From Minisyncoccia bacterium (GTDB lineage Bacteria; Patescibacteriota; Minisyncoccia; Phycocordibacterales; DATDWN01), in contig JBAQUS010000015.1 in the NCBI GenBank assembly GCA_049297675.1, positions 1,414 through 65,413 on the forward strand: 64,000 nt of DNA, written 5' to 3'. Of this stretch, positions 1 through 8,310 are shown in pieces. The notes below the pieces were generated by a model that saw nothing but the letters and a program-made list of their open reading frames with translations, had not been told where the DNA came from and made no database searches. Every line of letters starts with the position of its first letter. Position 1 is the first letter of the stretch. Position numbers and translations under genes: made by a program.

Positions 1-128
1 AACTAAGCTAAGGGCCCCTCACATGAAAATTTTCAGAAACTTGCATGTGGGGAACTATCAACTCGATCTGAAAAAGATTATCAAATTTTCCTAATAAAGT
101 AAAACAAAATGTGGTAAATTATTGGTAC

Positions 129-201
129 GGGCCTGTAGCTCAATTGGTAGAGCGTACCCATGGCATGGGTAAGGCAGTCGGTTCAATCCCGATCAGGTCC
201 A
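129..201 (+). tRNA. tRNA-Ala (anticodon GGC)
   Basis: Manual cloverleaf. Acceptor gggcctg/caggtcc with the G3:U70 Ala identity pair. D-arm gctc...gagc. Anticodon stem taccc/gggta with loop atGGCat. T-arm gtcgg-ttcaatc-ccgat. Discriminator A. No encoded CCA (caa follows). Confidence 0.85.
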
Positions 202-212
202 CAAACTACAAT

Positions 213-234
213 GGGTCTGCAACTAGGCAGACCC
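213..234 (+). terminator. perfect 8-bp hairpin (gggtctgc-aactag-gcagaccc) immediately 3' of the tRNA
   Basis: Seen directly in the sequence. Could serve as a tRNA 3' processing or terminator structure. Confidence 0.4.
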
Positions 235-244
235 GTTGAGGGAG

Positions 245-980
245 GGTAAAGAGGGTCAGGTACCCTTTCTTGTGAAATATGATATATTTATTAAATGCCA
301 AGAGCTAATCGTATAGATATAAAGGATTATTGTTATCACATCATTAACCGTGCCAATGCTCGTTTACCCATTTTCTTTAAGGAAGAGGACTATGTATTAT
401 TTGAAAATATACTAGTGGAAGCTAAAAAGAAATATGATATGCGTATTCTTGCATATATAATGATGCCAAATCATTTCCATCTGGTAGTTTATCCAAAGAA
501 TGACGGAGATTTAGGAAAATTTATGCAATGGTTGACGCTAACACACACTCAACGCTGGCATCATGTAAAAAATACTAAAGGAACCGGGCATTTATATCAA
601 GGAAGGTATAAATCATTTATTATTGAAAAAGATAATCATCTACTTTCCGTTATTCGTTATGTTGAGCGTAATGCACTTCGTGCAAAACTAGTCAGAAAAG
701 CTGAGAATTGGAAATTTAGTAGTCTGTGGCGTAAACTATATGGAAGCTTAGAGCAAAAGAAATTATTGGGAAAGTGGCCAATAACTGAACCACAAGATTA
801 CCTTTCTTTTGTGAACAAACCTCAACCGAAGGAGGAAGAGGGGAGTGTCAGATTGTCAGTCATAAAAGGAAAACCATATGGGCAAGATAATTGGTCAATG
901 AAAATTATTAAAAAATTTGGGCTAGAGGCAACAATTCGTCCTCCTTGGAGACCCAGAAAGAGTACCTGACCCTCTTTACC
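245..980 (+). mobile_element. REPtron-like unit: RAYT gene flanked by inverted REP-like hairpin sequences
   Basis: The 25-nt ggtaaagagggtcaggtacCctttc (245-269) recurs in inverted orientation at 956-980 (gaaagAgtacctgaccctctttacc) with 1 mismatch. Each copy can also fold on itself (aagaggg..cctttctt). Confidence 0.6.
295..969 (+). CDS. REP-associated tyrosine transposase (RAYT; IS200/IS605-like Y1 HuH transposase)
   Basis: Motifs 'YIMMPNHFHLVV' (HuH), 'GHLYQGRYKSF' (catalytic Tyr) and 'RYVERNALRAKLV...ENWKFSSLW' match the RAYT consensus (LMPNHVHLL / GHLWQGRF / YIELNPVRAGLV..WSS). There is an ~80-aa C-terminal extension. Confidence 0.8.
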   Translation: MPRANRIDIKDYCYHIINRANARLPIFFKEEDYVLFENILVEAKKKYDMRILAYIMMPNHFHLVVYPKNDGDLGKFMQWLTLTHTQRWHHVKNTKGTGHLYQGRYKSFIIEKDNHLLSVIRYVERNALRAKLVRKAENWKFSSLWRKLYGSLEQKKLLGKWPITEPQDYLSFVNKPQPKEEEGSVRLSVIKGKPYGQDNWSMKIIKKFGLEATIRPPWRPRKST

Positions 981-1136
981 TTTACTGCCCCTCTTTACTG
1001 CACTGACTAGGTGACGTACTAACAATAGCAGGAGGGGGCTAGAAGGTCAGCGCGTGCGATTAGTCTGGGTTCTGCTGGAAATGAGTCCGAACTTTTTGGT
1101 ATAATGACCACAATTCTGAACCTAACCACATTTTTT

Positions 1137-1622
1137 TCATTCCTCATTTCCAAAATCTGATCTAGTATCATATTCAACATTTCCAGTTTTTGTATCAATA
1201 CTTAACACTGTTGAATCGGTAGAATTATGGTAATTAATCTTTAGATCTTGGAAGCCATTTTCAGCTAATTTATCTTCAACAAATCTTCTTATTTCTTTAT
1301 CATCCGTAAAATCGGGAGCGTCATCTGGATTGAAAGCGCCACCACCCACATAAACTTTTACTTTTTTTAAATCTCCAAAAAGTTTTTTTGCTTCAGTAAG
1401 CATGTCCTCAAAATACTTTATACGAGGGTCAATAAAATGTCCGACAAATGCCCTCTTAGTATCTGGATCATAAAGTATAACACCGACACAAGGTCCTAAT
1501 CCTGTTGTCGCTCCAAATTGTCCGCTTTCAATTAATTTCCACTTATCGGTCTGGTTTACCTCAATAATTTCTGGTTCTTCTTCGTTGAATTCAGGATATT
1601 CAAATACATTTTTTGGCGACAT
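1137..1622 (-). CDS. hypothetical protein, weakly CheD-like (GLGPCVGVILYDP...VGHF)
   Basis: ORF of 161 aa. The motif resembles the CheD deamidase 'LGSCVAV.YDP...G.AH' only loosely. Confidence 0.45.
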   Translation of the reverse strand: MSPKNVFEYPEFNEEEPEIIEVNQTDKWKLIESGQFGATTGLGPCVGVILYDPDTKRAFVGHFIDPRIKYFEDMLTEAKKLFGDLKKVKVYVGGGAFNPDDAPDFTDDKEIRRFVEDKLAENGFQDLKINYHNSTDSTVLSIDTKTGNVEYDTRSDFGNEE

Positions 1623-1839
1623 GTTAATTTGTAATTATTCTATCAATTTTTCAATCGTTGTCACAGTTTCAAAACTTAGATATCATTAAGCTGTATTTAT
1701 GTTTTCCAGGATTATGATATCAAAAATCGTAATTTTTTCAAGAAAATCCTGATTCTGGGTTTGAATTAATTCAAATCTGAGCTCTAGTGGAGCTCTAGTA
1801 CAGAAAGTAATATTAAAAATAAGTTGGAAAAAAATAATT

Positions 1840-2340
1840 ATGAACAAAGAAATTAGAATCTATAACCAAAAACAAACTTCGGGTGACAAGGAAACTTGTG
1901 ACCGACTTGCTACAATCATAGGGAAAGAACTGAAAGATGCGGAAAGTAAGATTTGGCACGCAAACCCTGTTTGGTTTTTGGATGGCAATCCGATTGTAGG
2001 TTACAGCAAGCAAAAAGCCGGCATTAGACTGATGTTTTGGAGTGGATCGGACTTCAAAGAGGCGGATTTAGCCGTAAGGGGTGAAAAATTCAAGGATGCA
2101 TCTATTTTCTATAATAATTCTTCAGAAATTGAAGTGGGCAATTTGAAACGCTGGCTGAAAAAATCAAAAACAATTCAGTGGGATTATAAAAACATAGTGA
2201 AAAGAAAAGGGGTTTTGGTAAGATTGAGAGACAAGCCAAAAATCTGCAGTCGGGGTCATAAATATCAAGAAAGTGGGCCATGCCCAATTTGTTGGCCAGG
2301 AAGATTCAAGAATATAGGGAAGAAAAAACAAACGAACTAG
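1840..2340 (+). CDS. DUF1801 (YdhG-like) domain protein
   Basis: 166 aa. Overall resemblance to the YdhG/DUF1801 family; C-terminal Cys pairs. Confidence 0.5.
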   Translation: MNKEIRIYNQKQTSGDKETCDRLATIIGKELKDAESKIWHANPVWFLDGNPIVGYSKQKAGIRLMFWSGSDFKEADLAVRGEKFKDASIFYNNSSEIEVGNLKRWLKKSKTIQWDYKNIVKRKGVLVRLRDKPKICSRGHKYQESGPCPICWPGRFKNIGKKKQTN

Positions 2341-2386
2341 TTGTACAAATGTTGATAATTTATAAATAATTTAATAAAATACAATT

Positions 2387-2788
2387 ATGAACAAAAACAA
2401 AATGAACCCAGTTGTCCACTTTGAAATGCCGTCGGAGAACAATGCGCGTACCAAGGAATTTTATGAGAGTGTTTTTGGCTGGCAGATGACCCAGCTAGGC
2501 ACTGAGATGGGTAATTATCTCTTAGCTTCCACTTCTCCCATGGATGAAAACAACATGCACAAGGAGAAGGGAGCAATCAACGGCGGGTTCTACCAAAAAG
2601 GCGAATACGGCACGATGCCACACGTAGTCATTGCCGTCGAGGATCTCACCAAGCACATAGAGATGGTCAAGAAAGGTGGCGGAGAGGTACAGGGAGAGCC
2701 AATGGACATCCCAGGCATCGGAAAATTCGTGATGTTCAAAGACACCGAGGGTAATCGTGTTGGCATGCTACAACCTTCCATAAGGTAG
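2387..2788 (+). CDS. VOC-family (glyoxalase/bleomycin-resistance fold) protein
   Basis: 'VVHFEMPSENNARTKEFYESVFGW' is the typical VOC N-terminus. 133 aa. Confidence 0.65.
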   Translation: MNKNKMNPVVHFEMPSENNARTKEFYESVFGWQMTQLGTEMGNYLLASTSPMDENNMHKEKGAINGGFYQKGEYGTMPHVVIAVEDLTKHIEMVKKGGGEVQGEPMDIPGIGKFVMFKDTEGNRVGMLQPSIR

Positions 2789-2827
2789 TACGGGGTTATA
2801 TGTATGTAACAATTTAATACTAAAATT

Positions 2828-3244
2828 ATGGCACTAATCAATCCTCACATTAACTTCAACGGCAATGCCGAAGAGGCATTCACATTTTACAAATCCGTAT
2901 TTGGTGGCGAGTTCGCAAAGATTATTCGTTTCAAAGATATATCAAGTGCTGAATTTCCAGTGGCAGAAAAAGAAGCTGAAAAAATAATGCACATTGCTTT
3001 GTCTATTGGCAAAAATTTCCTCATGGCCAATGACGTGCCCGAAAGTATGGGACGAACAAATGAAAACGAAAACAGAAGCAAAATTTCAATTAGTGCCGAA
3101 AGCAAAGAAGAGGCAGACAAATTGTTTAACGGACTTTCAGCAGGTGGACAAATAGAAATGCCAATGGCTGACAGTTCTTGGGGTTCATACTTTGGAATGT
3201 TTAGAGACAAGTATGGAATTGAGTGGATGGTAGAAAAAAATTGA
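2828..3244 (+). CDS. VOC-family protein (PhnB-like)
   Basis: 'INFNGNAEEAFTFYKSVFGGEF...MHIALSIG' is PhnB/glyoxalase-like. 138 aa. Confidence 0.65.
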   Translation: MALINPHINFNGNAEEAFTFYKSVFGGEFAKIIRFKDISSAEFPVAEKEAEKIMHIALSIGKNFLMANDVPESMGRTNENENRSKISISAESKEEADKLFNGLSAGGQIEMPMADSSWGSYFGMFRDKYGIEWMVEKN

Positions 3245-3339
3245 TGTTTAATCCAAAGTATGTACAATTGGTTACAGAATGATGTTTGCTAATCACTGTA
3301 AACATCAAGTAAAGTCTGTATCTTGGATGGGAGGCTGTC

Positions 3340-3843
3340 ATGATTAGAGCCACTTTGGTAATCGTGTGCGGTTTGTCTGTGGTGATCCCAAACGTATCTG
3401 GACAGTCATCCTCAAGTGTTCCAGATATCACGGGCTACTATAAGACTCTCGGTCAGAACCCAGATGGAAAGGAATACGAGGGGCTTGTCCATATCAGACA
3501 AGACGGTCAAGCTCACGTGATTACCTGGGCACCGAGTGCTGAATCTCAACAAGTTGGTATAGGCATCCTCAAGTCCAACGTGCTGTCAGTGAGCTTTTCT
3601 AATTTGACATCCAAGGGTATAGGACTAGGTGGTGTCATATCATATAGCCTCGACCCAAGTGGAAAACTCATCGGGGAGTGGACTGATTTCGGCAAGAAGT
3701 TAGAAGATTCGTACAGAGTGTATAAGGAGGTCCTGACTAAACTTCAAAATGTTCAGGTACTGCCAGTACCACCGAAGGAGACGCCCAAAGAAACACCACC
3801 ACAGCGACGACAGTTTGGAGTGGCAGCGAGGACTTTGATTTAG
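3340..3843 (+). CDS. secreted hypothetical protein
   Basis: N-terminal signal peptide (MIRATLVIVCGLSVVIPNVSGQ). Pro-rich C-terminus. Confidence 0.55.
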   Translation: MIRATLVIVCGLSVVIPNVSGQSSSSVPDITGYYKTLGQNPDGKEYEGLVHIRQDGQAHVITWAPSAESQQVGIGILKSNVLSVSFSNLTSKGIGLGGVISYSLDPSGKLIGEWTDFGKKLEDSYRVYKEVLTKLQNVQVLPVPPKETPKETPPQRRQFGVAARTLI

Positions 3844-3863
3844 GGTCTCCTCGCATTGACTTA

Positions 3864-3897
3864 GATGCCCGGCGTAAAGCGTCGGGCATCTTTCTAT
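3864..3897 (+). terminator. rho-independent terminator
   Basis: 11-bp GC-rich stem (gatgcccggcg/cgtcgggcatc) followed by tttctattgt. Confidence 0.6.
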
Positions 3898-3961
3898 TGT
3901 AATAAATCCAAAAAATATTAGTATAATACTTGTCTATTAAAAGTAATTAACAAAATAAAAT

Positions 3962-4300
3962 ATGAAAAAATACATTGTCTTATATCACGCACCTATAGGT
4001 GCGATGGAAGGAATGGCTAAAGTCAAACCAGAGGATGCCAAAAAGAACATGGAGCCTTGGATGACATGGGCGAAGAATTGTGGAGACGGATTAGTTGACT
4101 TGGGTCTTCCACTTGGGCAATCTAAAAGTGTTTCTAATTCTGGAGTTACAGATAATAGCACAACAGTTTGTGGTTATTCGATTTTACAAGCCGAAAACAT
4201 GGATGAAGCAGTTGCGATGCTAAAAGATCATCCTCATGCTAAATGGATGGACTCGTGCTCGGTCCAGGTTCACGAAGCTATGCCACTTCCTGGAATGTAA
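3962..4300 (+). CDS. hypothetical small protein (possible alpha+beta barrel, YciI/Dabb-like)
   Basis: 112-aa ORF. Confidence 0.45.
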   Translation: MKKYIVLYHAPIGAMEGMAKVKPEDAKKNMEPWMTWAKNCGDGLVDLGLPLGQSKSVSNSGVTDNSTTVCGYSILQAENMDEAVAMLKDHPHAKWMDSCSVQVHEAMPLPGM

Positions 4301-4329
4301 TTTTGATTTAAGTAGGATATACTTTGTGA

Positions 4330-5250
4330 ATGAAATCCAAGAAAGGATTCAAACTAAGCAAAAATCACAGAAATAAAGTTTTTTTACTTTTCCTTTCTGT
4401 GATTTTTGCTACCCTAATTGTATTATTTTTTCAAACAAAAACTTGGACAAAGGAAAATATAGCTAATTTGGAGGTCAAAGATACGGCACCACCTACGAAG
4501 TCTGAAGAAATAGACACAAAAAATTTGGATCTTTTGGGTAAAGCAGAATTAAGTTTTGCAGGTGGTACTGATGGTAGAAATAAAAATATTGAAATTGGTA
4601 TAGAAAAAATTAACGGCACGGTCATAAAGCCGGGAGAGGAGTTTTCATTTCATAAAGCCATCGGTAAAGTCATCCCTGAAGATGGCTGGAGTGTTGAGAA
4701 AATTTTTCTAAATGGGGAAGTGAAAAAAGGTTTAGGTGGGGGACTCTGTCAGCTTTCAAGTCTAATGTTTCAAACTGCACTGAAATCAGGTTTACCTGTA
4801 ACTGAGAGACAAAACCATAGCTACACTGTCTCCTACTACGATGTCGGACTGGATGCTACTTACTCAGATCCCGGTCCTAATCTAAAGTTTAGAAACGATA
4901 CAAAACACCCTATATCTATAAAAGGTAGTGTAGAAGGATTGACAGCCAAGTTTGAAATATATGGAAAAAGTGATGGCAGAGTAGCCAGTACCAGTGAGGC
5001 AGAAGTAATTGAGACAGTCGATTTTCCTCCAACAAGATATTTTTATGTTCCTGAACTTGAGGAAGGTCAATCAGAATGTGTGAATACTCCACAGATAGGC
5101 TACACAGCTAAAATAAAATACGGAGTGATGTATCCGGATGGTGTGTATAAAGAGAAAGATTTCGTATCAAAATATAAACCACTCCAAAGAGTTTGCTACA
5201 TTATCGGAGAAAAAATAAAAACGTTTGATATAACAAAGTTATCGTTTTGA
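4330..5250 (+). CDS. VanW-family protein
   Basis: N-terminal TM segment. 'GGGLCQLSSLMFQTALKSGLPVTERQNHS' is the conserved VanW core. Confidence 0.7.
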   Translation: MKSKKGFKLSKNHRNKVFLLFLSVIFATLIVLFFQTKTWTKENIANLEVKDTAPPTKSEEIDTKNLDLLGKAELSFAGGTDGRNKNIEIGIEKINGTVIKPGEEFSFHKAIGKVIPEDGWSVEKIFLNGEVKKGLGGGLCQLSSLMFQTALKSGLPVTERQNHSYTVSYYDVGLDATYSDPGPNLKFRNDTKHPISIKGSVEGLTAKFEIYGKSDGRVASTSEAEVIETVDFPPTRYFYVPELEEGQSECVNTPQIGYTAKIKYGVMYPDGVYKEKDFVSKYKPLQRVCYIIGEKIKTFDITKLSF

Positions 5251-5347
5251 AAGCAGTCACCCATCTTGTTGATCGAAAAACACACATTTGACAGAATTTT
5301 TGAGAGTAGTATAGTATAGTGGTAACAGTTCATATAGGAGGTAAAGA

Positions 5348-5572
5348 ATGCGAAACGCACAGGTTAGCGAAGATCAGAAATACTGGGAGGGAGTTCTCGT
5401 GAGTGCTGGTCTCGCTCCAATCACCGGCCGAAAAATGCCTGGAGAAAGAGAGGTTGGTGATCCAATCCTCAATTGCCCAGTCGGGCGACGTGCCTGCTCG
5501 TTCGTGGGAGGGTCCTGCGAGGGAAGCGATTCCTGTCCCATGCCAGTGACAATTCGATCGTCTCAGAGATAG
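5348..5572 (+). CDS. hypothetical Cys-rich small protein, or part of a structured RNA, inside a GC-rich islet
   Basis: Perfect SD (aggaggt) 7 nt upstream of the ATG. 74 codons. Local GC ~55% against ~38% around it. An antisense ORF of similar size overlaps it. A terminator hairpin lies downstream. Confidence 0.3.
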   Translation: MRNAQVSEDQKYWEGVLVSAGLAPITGRKMPGEREVGDPILNCPVGRRACSFVGGSCEGSDSCPMPVTIRSSQR

Positions 5573-5597
5573 AACTCCAGACAGTCCTGCCAAGTTC

Positions 5598-5630
5598 AGA
5601 GCCGTGATTCCCACACGGCTCTTCTTCTAC
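5598..5630 (+). terminator. rho-independent terminator (agagccgtg-attccca-cacggctct + ttcttct)
   Basis: Perfect 9-bp GC-rich stem followed by a T-rich tract. Confidence 0.6.
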
Positions 5631-5648
5631 CCAAAACTTGCTTGCTAA

Positions 5649-5664
5649 GTGAACGATAGTTCAC
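5649..5664. promoter_or_regulatory. Cheo-type LexA box (GTGAAC-N4-GTTCAC) upstream of dinB
   Basis: Perfect 16-bp palindrome that matches the Gram-positive SOS box consensus CGAACRNRYGTTYC. It lies ~155 bp upstream of a Y-family polymerase gene. Confidence 0.55.
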
Positions 5665-5675
5665 TTATAATACTT

Positions 5676-5812
5676 TAATTACGAAACTCGTCGAAAGCAC
5701 ATATTTTATGGCATATCTCGCAGGCCGAAGAGGCCGAGAGTTAAGGAAAATTTTTAGCAAAAAATTATTCCGGTGCCAGAAAATATGTGTTGAGTAAGAG
5801 TTTCGTAATTAA
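5676..5812. repeat. large interrupted inverted repeat in the dinB leader
   Basis: ttaattacgaaactc...cacatatttt pairs with aaaatatgtg...gagtttcgtaattaa. An inner ggcc-gaaga-ggcc hairpin sits between the arms. Confidence 0.5.
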
Positions 5813-5817
5813 AGATC

Positions 5818-7047
5818 ATGAAAGATAAAGTAATTTTTCACATGGATGGGGATGCTTTTTTTGTGGCTTGCGAGATAGCCAAGAACCCCTTGCTTAAGGG
5901 TTTGCCAGTTGTAACAGGCGAGGAGCGTGGCATCGTTTCCGCACTTTCATACGAAGCTAAAGCTCTTGGCATTAAGCGCGGTTTTCCAATTTTTAAGTTA
6001 AAAAAAGAATTTCCAAGTGTTTTGGTTTTAGCTGGAGATTACAAATCCTACGCGGAATATTCTCAAAAAATGTTCGATATTGTCAGGCGTTACGCAGATA
6101 TAGTCGAGGAATACAGTATTGACGAGTGTTTTGCAGATCTCACCGGCCTCAACAAACCTCTCTACATGACTTACAGGCAAATTGCGGAGAGGATAAAATT
6201 TGAGGTGACAGAGGAGCTTGGACTTTCTGTTTCTGTAGGCATAGCCCCGAGCAAAGTTTTGGCTAAAGTGGCTTCAAAGCATCATAAGCCCAATGGTTTT
6301 ACAGAGATTAACCTTCAAACAAAGGACAAGTATCTTTCGGAGACTCCTATAGAGAAAATATGGGGAATTGGTAGGCGAACTTCCGAATTTTTGAAAACTA
6401 AAAAAATAGAAACAGCCCTAGATTTTGTTAAAAAGGACTTGGAGTGGGTCAGGGGGAATTTGGCAAAACCTTATGAAGTTATTTGGCATGAGCTTTCGGG
6501 CACTTCTATAATGCAAGTTTCCGGAGAAGCCAAGTCTTCGTATCATTCAATCCAAAAAACTAGAACTTTCTACCCGCCAACTTCTGACGAAACTTTTCTT
6601 CTCTCCCAAATCTCAAAACATATTGAGGAAGCTTCCAGAAAAGCCAGACATTTTGGGTTGGTTCCACAAAAAATAAATTTTTTTCTTAAAACTCAAAATT
6701 TCAAATATTTCTCCTATGACTTGTCGCTTCCAGTCCCGACCAATGCTCCAGAAGTTTTGATCTACCTAGTTCGTAAATATTTCAAAAAAGTTTACTCACG
6801 TTTTTCTCTTTATAGAACAACGGGGGTGACTCTATATGAACTTACCCCCGAGAGTAAAAGACAACTCGATCTTTTTGGAGAAAATGAAGTCAATGACAGG
6901 TTCGAGATAATACACAAACAAATAGATGTCCTGGAAGAAAAATTTGGCAAAAAAATGGTTTATCTCGCTTCGACTCACAATGCTAGGTTACAAAAACAAA
7001 AAGGCACAGATAGTGATGATTTGGACAGAGATCTTTTGTTCTTGTAA
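5818..7047 (+). CDS. dinB: Y-family DNA polymerase (DNA polymerase IV-like)
   Basis: N-terminal 'HMDGDAFFVACE' and 'SIDECFADLTG' are the Y-family catalytic motifs. 409 aa. Confidence 0.8.
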   Translation: MKDKVIFHMDGDAFFVACEIAKNPLLKGLPVVTGEERGIVSALSYEAKALGIKRGFPIFKLKKEFPSVLVLAGDYKSYAEYSQKMFDIVRRYADIVEEYSIDECFADLTGLNKPLYMTYRQIAERIKFEVTEELGLSVSVGIAPSKVLAKVASKHHKPNGFTEINLQTKDKYLSETPIEKIWGIGRRTSEFLKTKKIETALDFVKKDLEWVRGNLAKPYEVIWHELSGTSIMQVSGEAKSSYHSIQKTRTFYPPTSDETFLLSQISKHIEEASRKARHFGLVPQKINFFLKTQNFKYFSYDLSLPVPTNAPEVLIYLVRKYFKKVYSRFSLYRTTGVTLYELTPESKRQLDLFGENEVNDRFEIIHKQIDVLEEKFGKKMVYLASTHNARLQKQKGTDSDDLDRDLLFL

Positions 7048-7254
7048 ATACATAACAGCGTATTGCATTATAAGTGTAAATGTAATATTATATGAGAGTA
7101 AGTTGTACTTTAACATTAACAAGTCGGAACCTCTTTTCTTCACTTTTGGTGAGTCACTTATTGTGCTTTCGTCAGAAGTGAAGAGGGGGGCAGCTGAATT
7201 AGTCAGGGTACGGTTCTAGTCAAGCCGTGCTTACAGCCATCCTTGAAAAAGAAC

Positions 7255-7431
7255 ATGAGGATACTCACAAACCTTATTGGCATCGGCATCCTAATTATAT
7301 TGCTGAAGTTCCTAACCCCGAATCTATATTCGGGTTTTGAAGGCACTATCCTCGCTTTTCTCAACTCCATAAAATCACTTATTACTTCTGCGGAATCTCC
7401 GATGACTGCAGGTTTTGTTAGAGGTTTGTAG
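7255..7431 (+). CDS. possible small hydrophobic protein
   Basis: The ORF has a TTG at 7243 and an ATG at 7255; a TM-like segment follows. Weak support. Confidence 0.2.
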   Translation: MRILTNLIGIGILIILLKFLTPNLYSGFEGTILAFLNSIKSLITSAESPMTAGFVRGL

Positions 7432-7527
7432 TTTTGACTTTTTAATAAATTTATACTCTTATGCAGAATCTCTTTGCTTTTTTATGGTAAATTTAAGAAC
7501 GACATGATAAAATGTTCCGCATATTAG

Positions 7528-8238
7528 TTGAGTAAATTAATAAAAAATATGGATAGACAAAAAGTAATTTCGATCGGAGCTGTTGTTTTGGTCGTAGCAG
7601 GTTTAGCTACATATAGTTTTTACGGTGGCAAACTTGGAAAAAGTTCTGAGCAGGCAGTAATGGAATCACCAAGTGTGGCAAAAGTCAATGGTGTTACAAT
7701 TACTAAGGCAAACTATGATACACAGCTAGCAAATGCCATGACGGCGTATAAGGCTCAAGGAATAGACGTTGATAAAGTTGAGAATTTAGCTCAAATTAAA
7801 ACTCAAGTTTTAAATGATTTGATAAGCAATGAACTTGTTATGCAAGGAATTGCTACAGAAGGCATAAAAGCTACTCCCGAGGATATAGAAAAACAGTATC
7901 AAGCCGTCATGGACCAGGCCGGTGGCATAGACAAATTGAAGACACAAATGGTTACTTCAAATGTCACAGAAGAACAACTTCGTGAAAATATAGCCAGACA
8001 AATCACTGTTCAAGCATATCTGCTAAAAAACATAGACATTTCTACTATAACTGTAACTGACGAGGAAATTACGAAATTCTATAACGAAGGAGTAGTTGGT
8101 CAGGAAAAACCACCAGCTCTGAAAGATATCAAAGAGCAGATTAGACAACAACTTTTGACAAACAAACAGCAAGTTCTAATAAACAGCTTTGTTCAAACTC
8201 TTAGAGAAAAGGCTCAAGTTGAAACTACACCTATGTAA
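7528..8238 (+). CDS. SurA N-terminal domain protein (periplasmic chaperone/PPIase-like)
   Basis: TM anchor followed by 'VAKVNGVTITKANYDTQL', which is the SurA/PrsA N-domain pattern. Confidence 0.55.
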   Translation: MSKLIKNMDRQKVISIGAVVLVVAGLATYSFYGGKLGKSSEQAVMESPSVAKVNGVTITKANYDTQLANAMTAYKAQGIDVDKVENLAQIKTQVLNDLISNELVMQGIATEGIKATPEDIEKQYQAVMDQAGGIDKLKTQMVTSNVTEEQLRENIARQITVQAYLLKNIDISTITVTDEEITKFYNEGVVGQEKPPALKDIKEQIRQQLLTNKQQVLINSFVQTLREKAQVETTPM

Positions 8239-8310
8239 AGTAATTAAGTTTTACTCAACTAACAAAAGAACGCTAGAAGGCGTTTTTTTGTTAGTTAATC
8301 AACGATTTTG

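Noticed and set aside
5330-5614. 94-aa minus-strand ORF in the GC-rich islet
   Set aside because: It is antisense to the SD-preceded + ORF and to the + strand terminator. It probably exists only because GC-rich sequence lacks stop codons.
5290-5640. RNase P / tmRNA / SRP RNA identity for the GC-rich islet
   Set aside because: I could not find the P4 motifs (AGGAAAGUCCGGGC / ACAGAANCCGGCUUA), a tmRNA GGGG acceptor with a T-loop 3' end, or the SRP domain IV GGAA motif by eye. It is left unassigned and not called.
6926-7219. 97-aa + ORF overlapping the 3' end of dinB
   Set aside because: It is in an alternative frame to the conserved dinB C-terminus and runs into non-coding DNA. It has no RBS.
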